From Eledone cirrhosa (Eukaryota), in assembly GCA_964016885.1 (NCBI GenBank), contig OZ024752.1:10602001-10666000 (forward strand): a DNA stretch of 64,000 nt. Direction: 5' to 3'. A program made the position numbers and the translations under genes. The notes under the pieces were generated by a model. It was given only the letters and a program-made list of their open reading frames with translations, did no database searches and was not told where the DNA came from. Positions 29,018 to 42,296 of this stretch are shown here, piece by piece (the stretch's first letter is position 1; each line of letters begins with the position of its first letter).

Positions 29018-29271
29018 TCTATATACTCGTGTATATAAAAGCAAGTCGGTCTGTGTGTGTGTGTGTCTGTATGTGTACAAATACTAGGCTCCTCTTAACT
29101 TTTGAAGTACTAGGCCGATTTGGCACGTGCTATTGAGGTGACCTCTCATTGGCTAGCCAATTAGCTGACATAAGCTGACATGCACTCAGAAATTGCTAGC
29201 TAAGCCATAAACGACCTTGAACAACTCAGGCTGTCATTCATTTCCCGAGCAACGCCGGGTACATCTGGTAG
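29018..29271 (+). mobile_element. Non-autonomous Helitron
   Basis: 5' TCtatata...aaaagc..gtctgtgtg; 3' cccgagcaacgccggg hairpin then a near-CTAG end. Confidence 0.65.
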
Positions 29272-29614
29272 TTCTATATAAGTGAATATTTTGTAATGAT
29301 GCTGATGTATTTTTTTCCATTACACATAAATTACTAAATATATGAACCACCATTAAATACTTACGATTTGGTTTTAAGAAAATATATATTGCTAAGGAAA
29401 ATTATATAACATTATCATTAGGTTTTAACACTCTATAATAGAAATTTGTATTGTTTCTGTTGTATTAAATATATATGTTGAGTTTATCAATCATAAACAC
29501 CACAAATATTTTATTGATTTCAAGTCACACACAGACAGGCACATAGATAAGCTCACATACTACACTCGCTTACACGCTTATATATATATATACGTATAAA
29601 TATATATATATATA

Positions 29615-30618
29615 ACAAATGAATTGTGGTAAGGAACCAGATGGACCATAACGCACCAGGGTACTCAATACTTAGGGTAGTAGAGTGGGAAATAGGAAAA
29701 AGTATGATCCCGACGGCAGAGCTCAAGCCGTTTCGACGGCTATTTCTGGACTTAATTAGAATGCGACAGACGCCCGATGGGCTGCATCGGGGTAGGCGAA
29801 TGGGGAAAAGCAGACGAGGTGGAAAATACGGGGTGGAAGGAAGGAAGTGATAGGATGAGACAGGGGGAAGAAGAAGACAAAGAGCAAAAGAAAAGAGATA
29901 CATCTTTTCCTCTTTGTCTTCTTCTTCCCCCTGTCTCATCCTATCACTTCCTTCCACCGCCCCCATTTTCCTCCTCGTCTGCTTTTCCCCTTTCGCCTAC
30001 CCCGATGCAGACCATCGGGCGTCTGTAGCATCAGTTCCACCACCCCTGTAATTTTAAGATAGAATTGGCCGAATACGTTTTACTAACTACTTATGGCAGA
30101 TGTGTTAAAACCCCTTTAATTTTGTATCAGGGTTATTACTACTCATTCTACAAGTTTTTTCTATTCTCAACTTAACCTGTAATTGTAAGATAGCATTGGG
30201 ATTTTTTTAATTCATTTCTCACAATCTAATTTTATATATATTTTATTTATTTCTATTATCTTTTATTGTCTCCTACTCTCATTCGATTTACCTATTCTAT
30301 AACCTCCCTCCTCTACTTCATACACTATCCTTAGAATCTGCTGTATACATATCACCTTCAACGCTTGACCGCTCCACTCACTCCCCTATTGTTCTACAGG
30401 CAAGTTCAGCCACCCCTACCTCCCTCCAAATGCCATGATAGACTTATTTGTGTTTACAACAAATGTTAATCAATCCTCTTGACAACTGCAATCTTTCCAT
30501 ATAAGGAAGTACCACGTTGACAAGTTCGGCTATTTATTCACCAGGCTAAAATTTTTAATTAGTCCAGAAATTTCCGTCGAAACGGCTTGAGCTCTGCCGT
30601 CGAGATCATACTTTTTGC

Positions 30619-30620
<2 letters not shown>
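29615..30620. mobile_element. Family B composite: inverted left arm, internal 130-bp-arm palindrome, right arm with U3-A8 hammerhead
   Basis: 29761-29890 is the reverse complement of 29905-30031; TTGACAA(30517)...GAAAcggcttgagctctgccGTC(30601). Confidence 0.7.
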
Positions 30621-30652
<32 letters not shown>

Positions 30653-30756
30653 AGTAATATTAATAAATGTGAAGACTAATATCCAAAGAGAGGTCGATAA
30701 GGATAAATATATATCAAATATATAAAAACCATAGACCAAATTAATATATATATATA

Positions 30757-30845
<89 letters not shown>

Positions 30846-30849
<4 letters not shown>

Positions 30850-31873
30850 GCTCGAATCGTGAAATACCTGCATGCATGTGCAAAATCTGAAGAAAATCAA
30901 CGGGATAGTCTTTAAGCGTACTAAATCTTAGAGTATGATTTTACTTCCACTTGGAGAAAATCGGTTAGGTACTTTTTGAGCGGAAAGTATACGAAAGGAG
31001 TAAGTGTTGTGGGGCGATGAATGTCGTAAGTCTGTTCACGAATTACGCCACGGATCGGGAACACACGTCAGTCTGAAGGAGCGACGTAGTCAATTGTGTG
31101 AATGCCAAATAGGGATGTACGTCTAAGTAGGCATATTGAGATGACGAAATCAAAATGGCAACGCAACTGCAACAGAAGGGGGTCATATGGCAATTAGCAC
31201 AAACGCTGGGCGGCACTGGTTGCACTTCGTTTACACAGCAACAAAAGTGCGACAAAAGGGGTCACCACGGAATTAGCACAACCGCTGTTCGGCATAATTG
31301 CGCAGGGCGTTTATACTGCGGTGTAGGTACAACAAAAGGGGTTTTAGTAGAAGTAGCACAGACGTGAGTTTTACGGTGTCAATAAAACGACAACGTACAC
31401 AGGGCCGGGATTTGCGCGTGATGAAAGCACGAAGCGTCAACAGGGCGCCTACAAAAAGTTTAAGGTCCGCCTCATTTTCTCAATCCCCCGAAAATTGTCC
31501 TGCTTAAAAGTAAGTGTTGTGTCCTCTGTTAAATAAACTAAATTGTTAACGAAATATTATACGCTACCTACGGTGTTTAAGTAGCGTGTGTATTGAGAAT
31601 GAAAATGGCATATAATTCCCAATGCTAATTCGTAACTTTTCTAGAAACCCTTAATGGAATCAGATTTGTTTTTGTTCGCAGCAATGGGAGGGGACTAACT
31701 AATGCGTGCTGCAAATGTTGATGAAATCGGCTGGAATATCTTTCAGTTTAAAATTTCTTAGCCCATTGTACTTCAGGAAATATAAGTAATGCATGTGTAA
31801 AGTTTGAAAAAAGTCGGTCGGGTACTTCTCGAGTTTTAGCGATTTACACAGACAGACACCCTCTGTTTTATGT

Positions 31874-31875
<2 letters not shown>
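30846..31875 (-). mobile_element. Helitron/Helentron-like non-autonomous element
   Basis: Minus-strand start ataaaacagagggtgtctgtctgtg...ccgaccgacttttttcaaactttacac, typical of such elements; internal repeats of that motif. Confidence 0.55.
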
Positions 31876-31925
<50 letters not shown>

Positions 31926-31976
31926 AATATGTTTATCCTTATTGAGCCCTCTTTGGATTTTAGTCTTCAAATTTAT

Positions 31977-32009
<33 letters not shown>

Positions 32010-32013
<4 letters not shown>

Positions 32014-32220
32014 TGATCAGCTTGCCCGACCAGTTTGTCGCGCGTCCATTGAGGGCCGCTGGTCACAGCACGCCGTCCATTCCTCTCTGCATCGTGCTCT
32101 CCTCATCCATTTATTCCCAATCGTATTCTTAAAATCTTAAATCCACCCTTGTGGAGGCCTTCCGAGTGATCGTTTCCGCTCGCGCGGGTACCACTCGGTA
32201 ACTGTGCGGATCCACCGACA
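32010..32220 (-). pseudogene. RTE-clade LINE C-terminal fragment
   Basis: RWIRTVTEWYPRERKRSLGRPP motif on the minus strand. Confidence 0.75.
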
Positions 32221-32221
32221 T

Positions 32222-32363
32222 ATTTATATATTTATTAAAATAACAGATTAAACTTTAAACTGTTATTTTAATAAATATTTGCTCTAGGGTTCTTATATAT
32301 TTGATATATACATTCATCCTTATCGAGCTCTCTTTGTATTTTAGTCTTCACATTTATTATTAT

Positions 32364-32368
<5 letters not shown>
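32222..32368 (+). mobile_element. 3' tail of the 57871-58365 family with short 5' inversion
   Basis: Shared tail ccttatcgagc.ctcttt.gattttagtcttca..tttattattattactata; also at 30650-30730(-), 31925-31982 and 60800-60880(-). Confidence 0.75.
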
Positions 32369-32445
<77 letters not shown>

Positions 32446-34889
32446 CTATTACTGTCGTCATATCAAGGAAAATGGAATAATGCTAAAGTGTCTCATGTAT
32501 TTCCCATTTAATTGGAGGTAAAATCTATTATTTTGTATCCACTATCAGAACTAATACTACTTATATTCAGTCACAATAGGTGTGATTATAAGAGGTTATT
32601 TTTCTTTATAGAGGGCGGTGGATGGGCAGTATGGGTAGAGGGTCGGACGTAATACTTTGACGCATAGAGTTACCGCCCTTGCCATTCTGAGTTCAACTCC
32701 CACCGAGGTTAACTTTGCCTTTCATCCTTACGGGGTCGATAAAATAAAGTACCAGTAATGTACTGGGTATTAGCTGGCCTTGTGTCAATAGTAGAAACAG
32801 TTATTTTTCTTAATATAGGCAATCAATTCTCTCTTTCAAATGCGAGGAGAGGTGATACAAATAACTTCATTAGCAAGAATATTAACAGAAATTCCAATGA
32901 CATCTCTAACACGAGAAATGGCAATTTCAACGAATTTCAATGAAATGAAACGTGTAAATGTTAGTATAAATAATTGTGACAATAACAGCGACAATAATGG
33001 TGACCTTGCGGTGACAATGTTTTTATTGGAAACAAACTGAAAATAACCTCCGTAATCACGATTAATTCAACTCCGAAAACCAAATATGTTTCTACTTGTC
33101 ATATTTGCACGAATTTTGATCTCAAGACAATAACTTGATAATGGAGATGCGGTGGCGATACATCACTCGGAACGAAGGAAAAACAGAAAACGTTAGCATG
33201 ATGCCATAAAATATGGGAACAACGACAATTATATGGGCAAGGATTACTTTAAAAATTCTCATGCGCAAGTCATCCGGTTATAATTCAATTATTTAGACAT
33301 CTTAGAAAACTTATGAGAAATGAGTGTCACTTTGTATTGTATAGAAACCGACAGGTTTAACAAAAATACAAGCAAAGGTGAAATGTTTAAAATAGGACTC
33401 TAATTATAGTCAAAATATTGTGGCTTTAATAAGAAGTGCAACACTAACACACAGGACCTTTTCCATGTGGTTTGGCGTTCAGATAACGTTTCAAAAATAC
33501 GGTTTACAAAGTACAAATGTTATGGTAACACTTTTCTTAACATGTAGAGGTCATATCTAGATTAGCAGTAAATTACTGAAAGCTCATATTTGTCGTCAGT
33601 GAATTTAAAATTTATCTCAAGAAAGAAAAGGAAAACAAATAGGAGAAACACGCACACAAAAACCTAATCAGCTTCAAATCTGAAGTTACTATATATTTAA
33701 CATGAGCGTCAGTAAACTGCATGGATTCTTATATGTTGTTACCTCATACATCAAACTTTTATGTGCATACGCACTGAGAATATGCAGTCTTATTAAATAG
33801 TGAGATAATTCTCGGCAACCAAAGCATTTCTAAATGGAAATACAAGAACTAATCAGTAAACCGTCAACGTAATGTTGAGCAGATGATGAGTCAGCAAATC
33901 CCTAAACATCATTATGCTTAGATGCCCACATGTGATGGCAAACAGGAAGGGTTGCAGCAAATGTGTTTTCATTTTCTTATTTAGACTTTCCCAGCAATTT
34001 ACAATAGCAATATGATGGATAGTCTTTGGAAACAGAAATACAATGCAATTGGAAATTATAAAGAAACGTATAGAGAAGAAAAAAAAATATTCATCTCAAA
34101 GAGAATACACTTCCAAAAAGACAGCAAATAATATTGAAATTTCGAAGAAAGTTAATTATCGATATTTGTCTAAAATAGAGTATGTAAATGGACGTAACAT
34201 AGAGGTGTAATAATTGTTTCTACTTTTGGCACAAGGCCAGCAATTACCTCAGTGTATTACTCGTGTTTTATTTTATCAACGTCATAAGGATGAAAGGTAC
34301 AGTTAACCTCGGCGGGATGTGAACTCGGATCATAAAGGGACGTAACTATGCTGGACAGCATGTGCAACCCTCTACCAATACTGCCAATTCACCGATATTG
34401 CCAAATTCACGGATATTTTCGAATATTAATAATAATATTCTGAACTCGGAGTGTAAAGGGCCGCAACTCCATGCAGCAAAGATTGGCTTCCGGACCTCTA
34501 ACGATGCAACAAATGCTGGCTTACATCTTCGCTGTCTTCAGGTTTGTTTGAGTGTAATAAAGGAGATGAAGTCAAAAATATTTAAACTCACACATCTCAG
34601 GGTGGATATTTGCTATATATTTCCGTCTGTCCATTATATTACTTGACCTGCAATATGTGAGTTATAAACATCTAGATATTATAAAAGGGGGTATATTTCT
34701 GTGATAAAAGATTAGGGAGAGCTGACATATTGAAGACGAATGGTGTTTTTACTCTTTACTCCGCAGAAGGAAAGATACCGAGAAAAGGTACATTTGATCC
34801 CGTGCAGGCGACACATTAACCAAGGGACTTTGAGAGGAATTTCCTTTGAAATAATATAACAGTTTGGTCCTTCCTATTGGGGACATTTT

Positions 34890-35240
34890 CCCCGCTAACC
34901 ATTAGTACTCCTCCGTCTCCTGTCGGTTGGCTTGCCCCGAAAATCTGGCCAGCGATTCTTTCTCATATTATCGGAGCTGTGATCTCTCAATTTGGAGAAG
35001 TGTCTCTAATTGTAGTGACTCACTGAACTCTGTGCTACACACTCTACCGAGTAACGTTATTCCAAAGATGCTTCTAAGGAAGCATATTTCGGCTGCTTGT
35101 ATTCACGGTAGTAATTTTTCGGTCATTAGCCAAGATTCATGACCATAGGTAAGGGTTGACAGGTATATCGAAGTGCAGATAGCGTGTCTGGCTTTTTCGC
35201 CCACATCCCTTCTTCTGATCACTAAATAATGAAACCAGGA
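34890..35240 (-). pseudogene. RTE-clade LINE RT C-terminal fragment
   Basis: SIYLSTLTYGHESW...IQAAEICFLRSIFG...LLQIERSQLR. Confidence 0.8.
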
Positions 35241-35350
35241 GTAGACCCCTAGTAAGCTGGTTGTGTAACAGTTGGAGAAGGTTGTTTCGGACAAGACCCG
35301 CTTTTAGGCGAGCTTGAAGATTCTGCACCCACGACCTTCTCAGGAGGTAG

Positions 35351-36056
35351 AGAAGAAGAAGAAGAAGAAGAAGAAGAAGAAGAAGAAGAAGAAGAAGAAG
35401 AAGAAGAAGAAGAAGAAGAAGAAGAAGAAGAAGAAGAAGACAAATTAAAAAAGAGGATGAGGAGAAGAAGAAGATATCAATATATTTTCTGGTAGTATAA
35501 ACTATATAAACATCAGTAATTCTATTGATTTCTTGTTATTGAATTGGTACAAGCTAATAATTTAGTTTTCCTACACAACTTATTCAATTGTTAGCTTTAC
35601 CTTATTTTGCACACTTCTCTCTTGAAATCTTCTTTCTAGGTTGGTAATTGTTTTTTTGTCATCCACCAATCTACCTTCTTTTTCTTCTTATTATTATTAT
35701 TATCCTTCTTCTTCTTCCACTTTGCCGTCTTCTTCGCCGTTGTTGCTCACCTTCTCCTCCTCCTCCTTCTTCTTTGCCTTCTTCTTATTCTTCTTTTACG
35801 CCTTCTTCTTCTACGCCTTCTTCTTCTTCATCATCATCATATTCTTCTCCTTCTCCTTCTTCTTCTTCATCATCATCTTCTTCTCCTTTTCCTTCTCCTT
35901 CTCCTTCTTCTTCTTCTTCATTATCATCTTCTTCTTCTTCTTCTTCTTCTTCTCCTTCTTTTTCTTCGTCGCCGTCTTCTCTTTCTTCTATGCTTTTTAA
36001 TTGTCTTTGTTTGTGTTATGTTTGTATATTTTAGCTGTGTTTGTAATGTTTTATTT

Positions 36057-36108
<52 letters not shown>

Positions 36109-36121
36109 GTCTCTCTTTTTT

Positions 36122-36164
<43 letters not shown>

Positions 36165-36790
36165 TTCTCTATGTATCTCTCCCTCTCTCTCTCTCTCTCG
36201 GAATAATCTGAACTGCTGTTGTTTTGTCTGAATATGTTGTGAGACTGTTGGGGAAGATTGTTGTTGGGTTGGTGAAGAAGAAGAAGAACAAGAAGAAGGA
36301 GAAGAAGAAGAAGAAGAAGAAGAAGAAGAAGAAGAAGAAGAAGAAGAAGGTGAAGAAGAAGAAGAAGAAGAAGAAGAAGAAGAAGGTGAAGGTGAAGAAG
36401 AAGAAGAAGAAGAAGAAGAAGAAGAAGAAGGTGAAGAAGAAGAAGAAGAAGAAGGAGAATGAGAAGGAGGAGAAGGAGAAGGAGAAGGAGAAGGAGAAGG
36501 AGAAGGAGAAGAAGAAGAAGGAGGCACATAAAGATAGAAAACGACTACAACAAACAGATGGAGTAATGAATATAATGACGATAATTTGGGTAATTGTAAT
36601 GATAATGATGTTGATGATGATGATGGTGGTGGTGCCGATGGTGGCGATGATGGTGGTGGCGATGGTGGCGATGATGGCGATGTTGGCGATGGTGGTGATG
36701 GTGGTGGCGATGGTGGTGATGGTGCTGATGAAGATGATGATGATGATGACGATAATGATAATGATGATGATGATGATAATTGATCATAAT
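35351..36790. repeat. Simple-repeat block: (GAA)n, (TTC)n, (CT)n, (GAA)n, (GAT/GGT)n
   Basis: Direct reading of the sequence. Confidence 0.95.
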
Positions 36791-37436
36791 TGTTTCTACT
36801 TTTGGCACAAGGCCAATAATTAACAGTACATTACTGGTACTTTATGTTATCGACCCCGTAAGGATGAAAGGCAAAGTTAACCTCGGTGGGATTTGAACTC
36901 AGACCGCAATAATTATAATGATTTCTTATATAGGCAAAAGCCATCAATTTTTGGGAGGTTGAGGAAAGTCGATTAAATCGACCCCATTGCGTGACTGGAC
37001 CTTTATTTTATCGACCCCGTAAGGTTGAAAGGCAAAGTTAACCTCGGCAGGGTCTGAACTCAGATCATAAAGGGACGTAACTCTATGCTGCAAAGCATGG
37101 TGTCCGACGCCCTACCGATAGTGCCAATCCACTGCCCTATAATTGATACTAATAATTGTTTCTAATTTTGGCACAAGGCCAGCAATTACCCCAGTGCATT
37201 ACTGGTACTTTATTTTATCGACCCCGTAAGGATGAAAGGCAAAGTTAACCTCGGCGGGATTTGAACTCAGATGATAAAGGGTCGTAACTATATGCTGCAA
37301 AGCATGGCGTCTGATCGTTTGCCGATACTGCCAATTCAATGATTTCATTTTTTTTTTGGGGGGGGGGGGGGAAGTCGATTAAATCGACACCGGTACATTA
37401 TTGGTACTTTATTTTATCGACCCCGTAAAGATGAAA

Positions 37437-37437
<1 letters not shown>
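36788..37437 (-). mobile_element. Cluster of 4 same-orientation SINE family 1 copies
   Basis: Repeated ttttatcgaccccgtaaggatgaaaggcaaagttaacctcgg cores. Confidence 0.9.
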
Positions 37438-37499
<62 letters not shown>

Positions 37500-37534
37500 T
37501 CACATGAATTAAAGCTATGTTGAAAGTATTTCTT

Positions 37535-37581
37535 CACTTACAATTGTTTCATCCAAACCTAGGCTTGGAGTCTTCGGAGCA
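37535..37581 (-). ncRNA. Minimal hammerhead, U4C core
   Basis: Minus strand tgct-CCGAAGA-ctccaagc cta g gtttggat-GAAA-caatt-GTA-agtg; palindromic stem III acaattgt; about 40 nt from (TA)n. Confidence 0.65.
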
Positions 37582-37919
37582 TTTTTCAATGTTTGTACAC
37601 ATAATTGACCTCCTTTCCCTCGCAAGAGACATACAGATACATATATATATATATTGATGTACAGTGGAGTGGCATATATTATACTATACTATTTTTGTAC
37701 ACCAATTCAAATTCAAAATCAAAATCAAAATCAAAATTAAAATCAAAATCAAAATTAAAATACATTCGGCAGATAACACAGATAATGCAAGAGGATAGTT
37801 TGATAGTCAGGTCTACTGATAATAAGGTAGTAATACATTACTGACCTTCACTGTTTAGGGTTTAAAATATACATAACTATAAAAAGTTTTAATATATACA
37901 TAACCATAAATAGTATCCC

Positions 37920-37956
<37 letters not shown>

Positions 37957-39487
37957 AGTGTGGCGGTGTCTGTGAACTATATGCACTGGTCATAGACACA
38001 CACACAACACCACCAGCTCTCTCTCCCATTCTCGTATTTCTCCTCTCCCTCTATCTTTCAATCTACTCTCTCAGAACCACTATCTCTTTCTCTCTATCTT
38101 TCTCTCTCCTCCGTTATGAAGGTTCCCGGAAAACCCCATATCTGGGGGACCCGTGGTCCGATTTACACGTAACTTGTTTTATTCCATTTGTATTCCCATT
38201 TCAAGGTCAACTTTCCTTCAAAGTATTTTCCCATTATGCCTCCTTTTGACTGTGTTAAATTACAGACAAGCAATCAATCAATCACAAACTTTTAGTAGTA
38301 TATATATAGATATTGACTTCTGCTTATATGATTCATTAAAGTTAATAACATAAGAAGTTAGTGTTATAGTACAAGAGCAAATAAGAAACGATTTGGTTTA
38401 CCATTATGGCGCATGCTCTAATTAAATTACTATATTAGGTAGCAAACAGTTGTATTTTAACAGTTTTCTGAAATTTATAATTACATAATAATTTACGTGG
38501 TTGGTCAATATATTTTAACTTATATGAATCTTCAGAATCAATATAGTTTTGATATCCAATTCATGTTCCAGAATCCGCCAAATTAAATGCTTTTTGAATT
38601 TATAATATATATTGTTTTCAACAATAGAATTATGGTACAAAGAAAACAGAAATATGTAAAAATAAAATTCATAACTTTGTTTTGTTTAGTCTTGGAACAT
38701 CTTATTATTCATATGATGTGAAATCTATTTTTGCGTACATCAAAATTATAAACGGATTAATTATCGGATTTTAACTAGTTACAGTTTCCGAAAATATACT
38801 ATTGTGGTTTCTGGTCTAGAGGCCTGATGTAAAGATATTCAGTAGGTATTAACAGATTGTTTCTTAATGTTTCTTGTGATCAACCACTAAGACTAACGTA
38901 GTAATATCACAGGGACGGCACAGCAGACACTACGTAGTTAGTTTGAACATTACATAGATTGATCTTCTTTAATGATATTTGATATTGCTAAACCCAAACT
39001 AAAGTTTTACGGATTTATAAAATGTTCAATCTCCCCACAACTGTCAAAATGATTTATTAATAAACTGTTTTTACATGTTATTTTAGTCGATTATATGTGC
39101 TTCTAAGTAGGGACGTGTGGTCTAATGATAAAGGTATTGCACCTACGAACATAACATCGTGGGTTTGATTCCTGCACATGGTTGCTCATGTGTTGTATTC
39201 TTGAGCATAACACTTCATTTCACCGTTGCTCCAGTATACTCAACTGAAAATAATTACAAGCACCAACGGGAAGGTTAAAGCTGCGATGGACTTGTGACCT
39301 CTCTAGAGGGGAATGTTGTACTTTTAGTCGCTTAACACCATGGAAACCCCGAGAAGCACCAGCCACAAGAAACTAGAGATATACGTTAGAATTTAGAATT
39401 ATATGTATTTTTAATTCTTACTTGTGTATGACCGGCACCGACTTTTAGAATGACGTTAGTTTCATATACATTCAACACCCATAACTA

Positions 39488-39976
39488 TCTTAACTATAAT
39501 AAAGAAAGGAGTGCGGGGATGTGTCCAGAATATATTTTTTTTATCCCGTTCGTAAAATAAGTTGGATTACTTTGACTAAATAATGAATGAATATTACATA
39601 ATTTATCTACTAAATTTCGTAATTCTTGATTAAATATGAATAATTGTATTGCTTATTTTAAGATTCACTTCTTTAAAATTTTCAAATGTCAACATTTCCG
39701 GTTAGCGATCGCTTATATAAGCATTCATGTATTTCCGTCACTGATTTTTTCCTAATGCAGTTTATATATAACATCGTCTTTTTTTAATGTATCATGGATT
39801 ACGTTATTGATTACATAAGAGAGTGTAACGCAGTCTTCGTTCAATTTCTGTGTATATTGTCAATTACAATTTCATTTTATGTATCATATCTATATGCATA
39901 GATATTTGAGTATGATATCAATATACACACTACACATGCTATCAGAAAACCACCTGAAGGGTAGTTTTTCTGCTAG
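39488..39976 (+). mobile_element. Non-autonomous Helitron
   Basis: A|TCttaactataataaag start; gaaaaccacc...ggtagtttttc hairpin and CTAG end. Confidence 0.7.
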
Positions 39977-40616
39977 CTTAAATAAATAATAATGATGGAT
40001 TTCTCTTCTGCCATTCCCTTTCTCCGTTTCTGTCACGCTGTTCTTTTCAAGTCACTCCCTTCTATATCATTTGATGAAAATACTAATATTCCTGCAAATT
40101 AAAAAAAAAACCCCTCGCCTACCACTTACTCAAGTAATAACATTTGTCGCACCAACAGTTGGAACGTGTAATTTCCGATTGCTGTTTTTTTTACAATTTT
40201 AATCAACTTCATATCAGATATATGCTCATATGTATTGCACTGCGTTTGAAAAGATTGATTTTCAAGCAATCTTTTGAGATATTTATCTATATGCCGCTGA
40301 AATAGTGTATTGTCAGAGCAAGTTGTTCAACGGAACAAGATAGGAAAACCAGTTGAAAATGTAGGTTGTAGAGATATAACATGCAACATTATTCATATAT
40401 GCCTTATGAAGAAATTTACAAAAATTATTAATGCTGCATACATATTTGTCCCAATGTTCTAGAAGACGAACGTGAGAATAAGAAAACTCACCTACATGGC
40501 AAATAGGAAATAAAAGAAAATATGGAATTCCCGAAAAATGTTTATTTTCCATCCTAATTATCAGAAAAACGTATGGCAGAATAGCAATGAAATAATGATG
40601 GTGATAATAATAATAA

Positions 40617-41610
40617 ATATTTCTACTTTTGGCACAAGGCCAGCAATAACCAGTGCATGACAGGTACTTTATTTTATCGACACTGTAAGGATGAAAGGTA
40701 AAGTTAACCTCAGCGGGATTTGAACTCAGAATGAAAGGCGCCATAACCCTATGCTGCAAAGGATGGTGCCTGACGCATTACCGATACTGCCATAATAATA
40801 ACTGTTTCTACTTTTTGGCACAAGGCCAGCAATTACCACAGTGCATTACTGGTAGTTTATTTTATCGACTTTATTTTATAATAATAATAATGGTTTCTTA
40901 TATAGGCACAAGGCCAGCAATTTTTGGAAGAGAGGAAAGTCGATTAAATCGACCCCAGTTCGTGACTGGTACTTTATTTTATCGACTCCGTAATAGGAAA
41001 GGCAAAGCTGAACTCGGCGGGATTTGAAATCACAACGTAAAGGACTATAACTCTATACTGCAAAGCATAGTGTCAGAAGCTATCCCTTTACTGCAATTCC
41101 CCACCCTTTATAATAATAATTGTTTCTACTGTCGGCACAAGGCCAGCAATTACGCCAGTGTATTACTGGTACTTTATTTTATCGACCTCGTAATGATGAA
41201 AGGCAGAGTTAACTTCGGCGGGATTTGAACTCAGATCGTAAAGGGACGTAACTATGCTGGAAAGCATGTCCAGCGCTCTACCAATTCTGCCAATCTACTA
41301 ATGTTTTTCATTTAGGCACAGTCAACAATTTTGGGGGAGGGAAAGTTGATTAAATCGAACCCAGTGCGTGACTGGTACTTTATTTTATCAACCCTGTAAG
41401 TATGAAATGCAAAACAAACCTCGGTTCGATTTGAACTCAGACAGCAAAGGGCTGTAAATCTATGCCAATAATAATTGTTTTTACTTTTGGCACAAGGCCA
41501 GCAATTATTCCAGTGTATTACTGATACTTTATTTTATCGACCCCGTAAGGATGAAAGGCAAAGCTAGCCTCGGTTCCATTTGAACTCAGACTGTAAAGCG
41601 GTGTAACTCC
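40617..41610 (-). mobile_element. Cluster of ~6 same-orientation SINE family 1 copies
   Basis: Repeated SINE cores separated by (TAA)-like tails. Confidence 0.9.
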
Positions 41611-41624
41611 AAGTCAATAATAAT

Positions 41625-42190
41625 TGTTTCTGAGGATGTCTGTGGTTGTTTCGTCACTGAAGTGTGGGAGCTTCAGGAAGCATGTGTTAGTGCCTCGGGT
41701 GTGGTGTCTTCTCCTGTTTCCGGCACGGTTCGCGGTGAACGTCGGGTATCCGTTCAGTTTAAGTACTTCCAGGAAATGTGTGGTGTGTGTGTCTCGGTCT
41801 CTACCGTCGGTGCATTTGTTCCGGATACGTGTTAGTTCGTTCCTTATGTATCCGAACTTTGCGCCGGCAGGGCGGGCCGATCTGAAATGTACGAACCGGT
41901 CCCTGCTGGCGGCTTTTTTTATAGAAGCAGGTGTGTATGTCGCCTTCCTCTGTTACCCTGAGTTGGAAGTCCAATAGGGATAGGGATCCGCGGTCAACGA
42001 GGTGTTCCATGCTGAACTTTATACTGGCGTCCATGCTGGAGAATGTCGTGTATATTTTATCCGCTTCTTCACGGGATGATGTAAGGATGAGTATGTCCTC
42101 TACATATCGGGTGAAGAAGGCACAGGGATGGCAGGTGTTGAGGGCTAGGCATTCTAGCTGGTTCATATAAGTGATGGCCAGCAGGCCCGA
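41625..42190 (-). pseudogene. Penelope-like RT C-terminal/thumb fragment
   Basis: GLLAITYMNQLE...RYVEDIL...IKFSMEH...LSLLD...FYKK...LKLNGYP...LKLPH; YVDD altered to YVED; frameshifted. Confidence 0.85.
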
Positions 42191-42259
42191 TTTATATACA
42201 ATTTCCTGTCAGCATGACTTGGCAAGCTAATTAGAACACTGGATTAACCCCTTTACTTC

Positions 42260-42296
42260 ACTCCGAAGATGAGATACTATCTCGAAAATTAAGGAT
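42260..42296 (+). ncRNA. Decayed minimal hammerhead at a possible PLE 3' terminus
   Basis: CCGAAGA-tgagat act atctc-GAAA-at-TA-agg; weak stem I. Confidence 0.4.
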
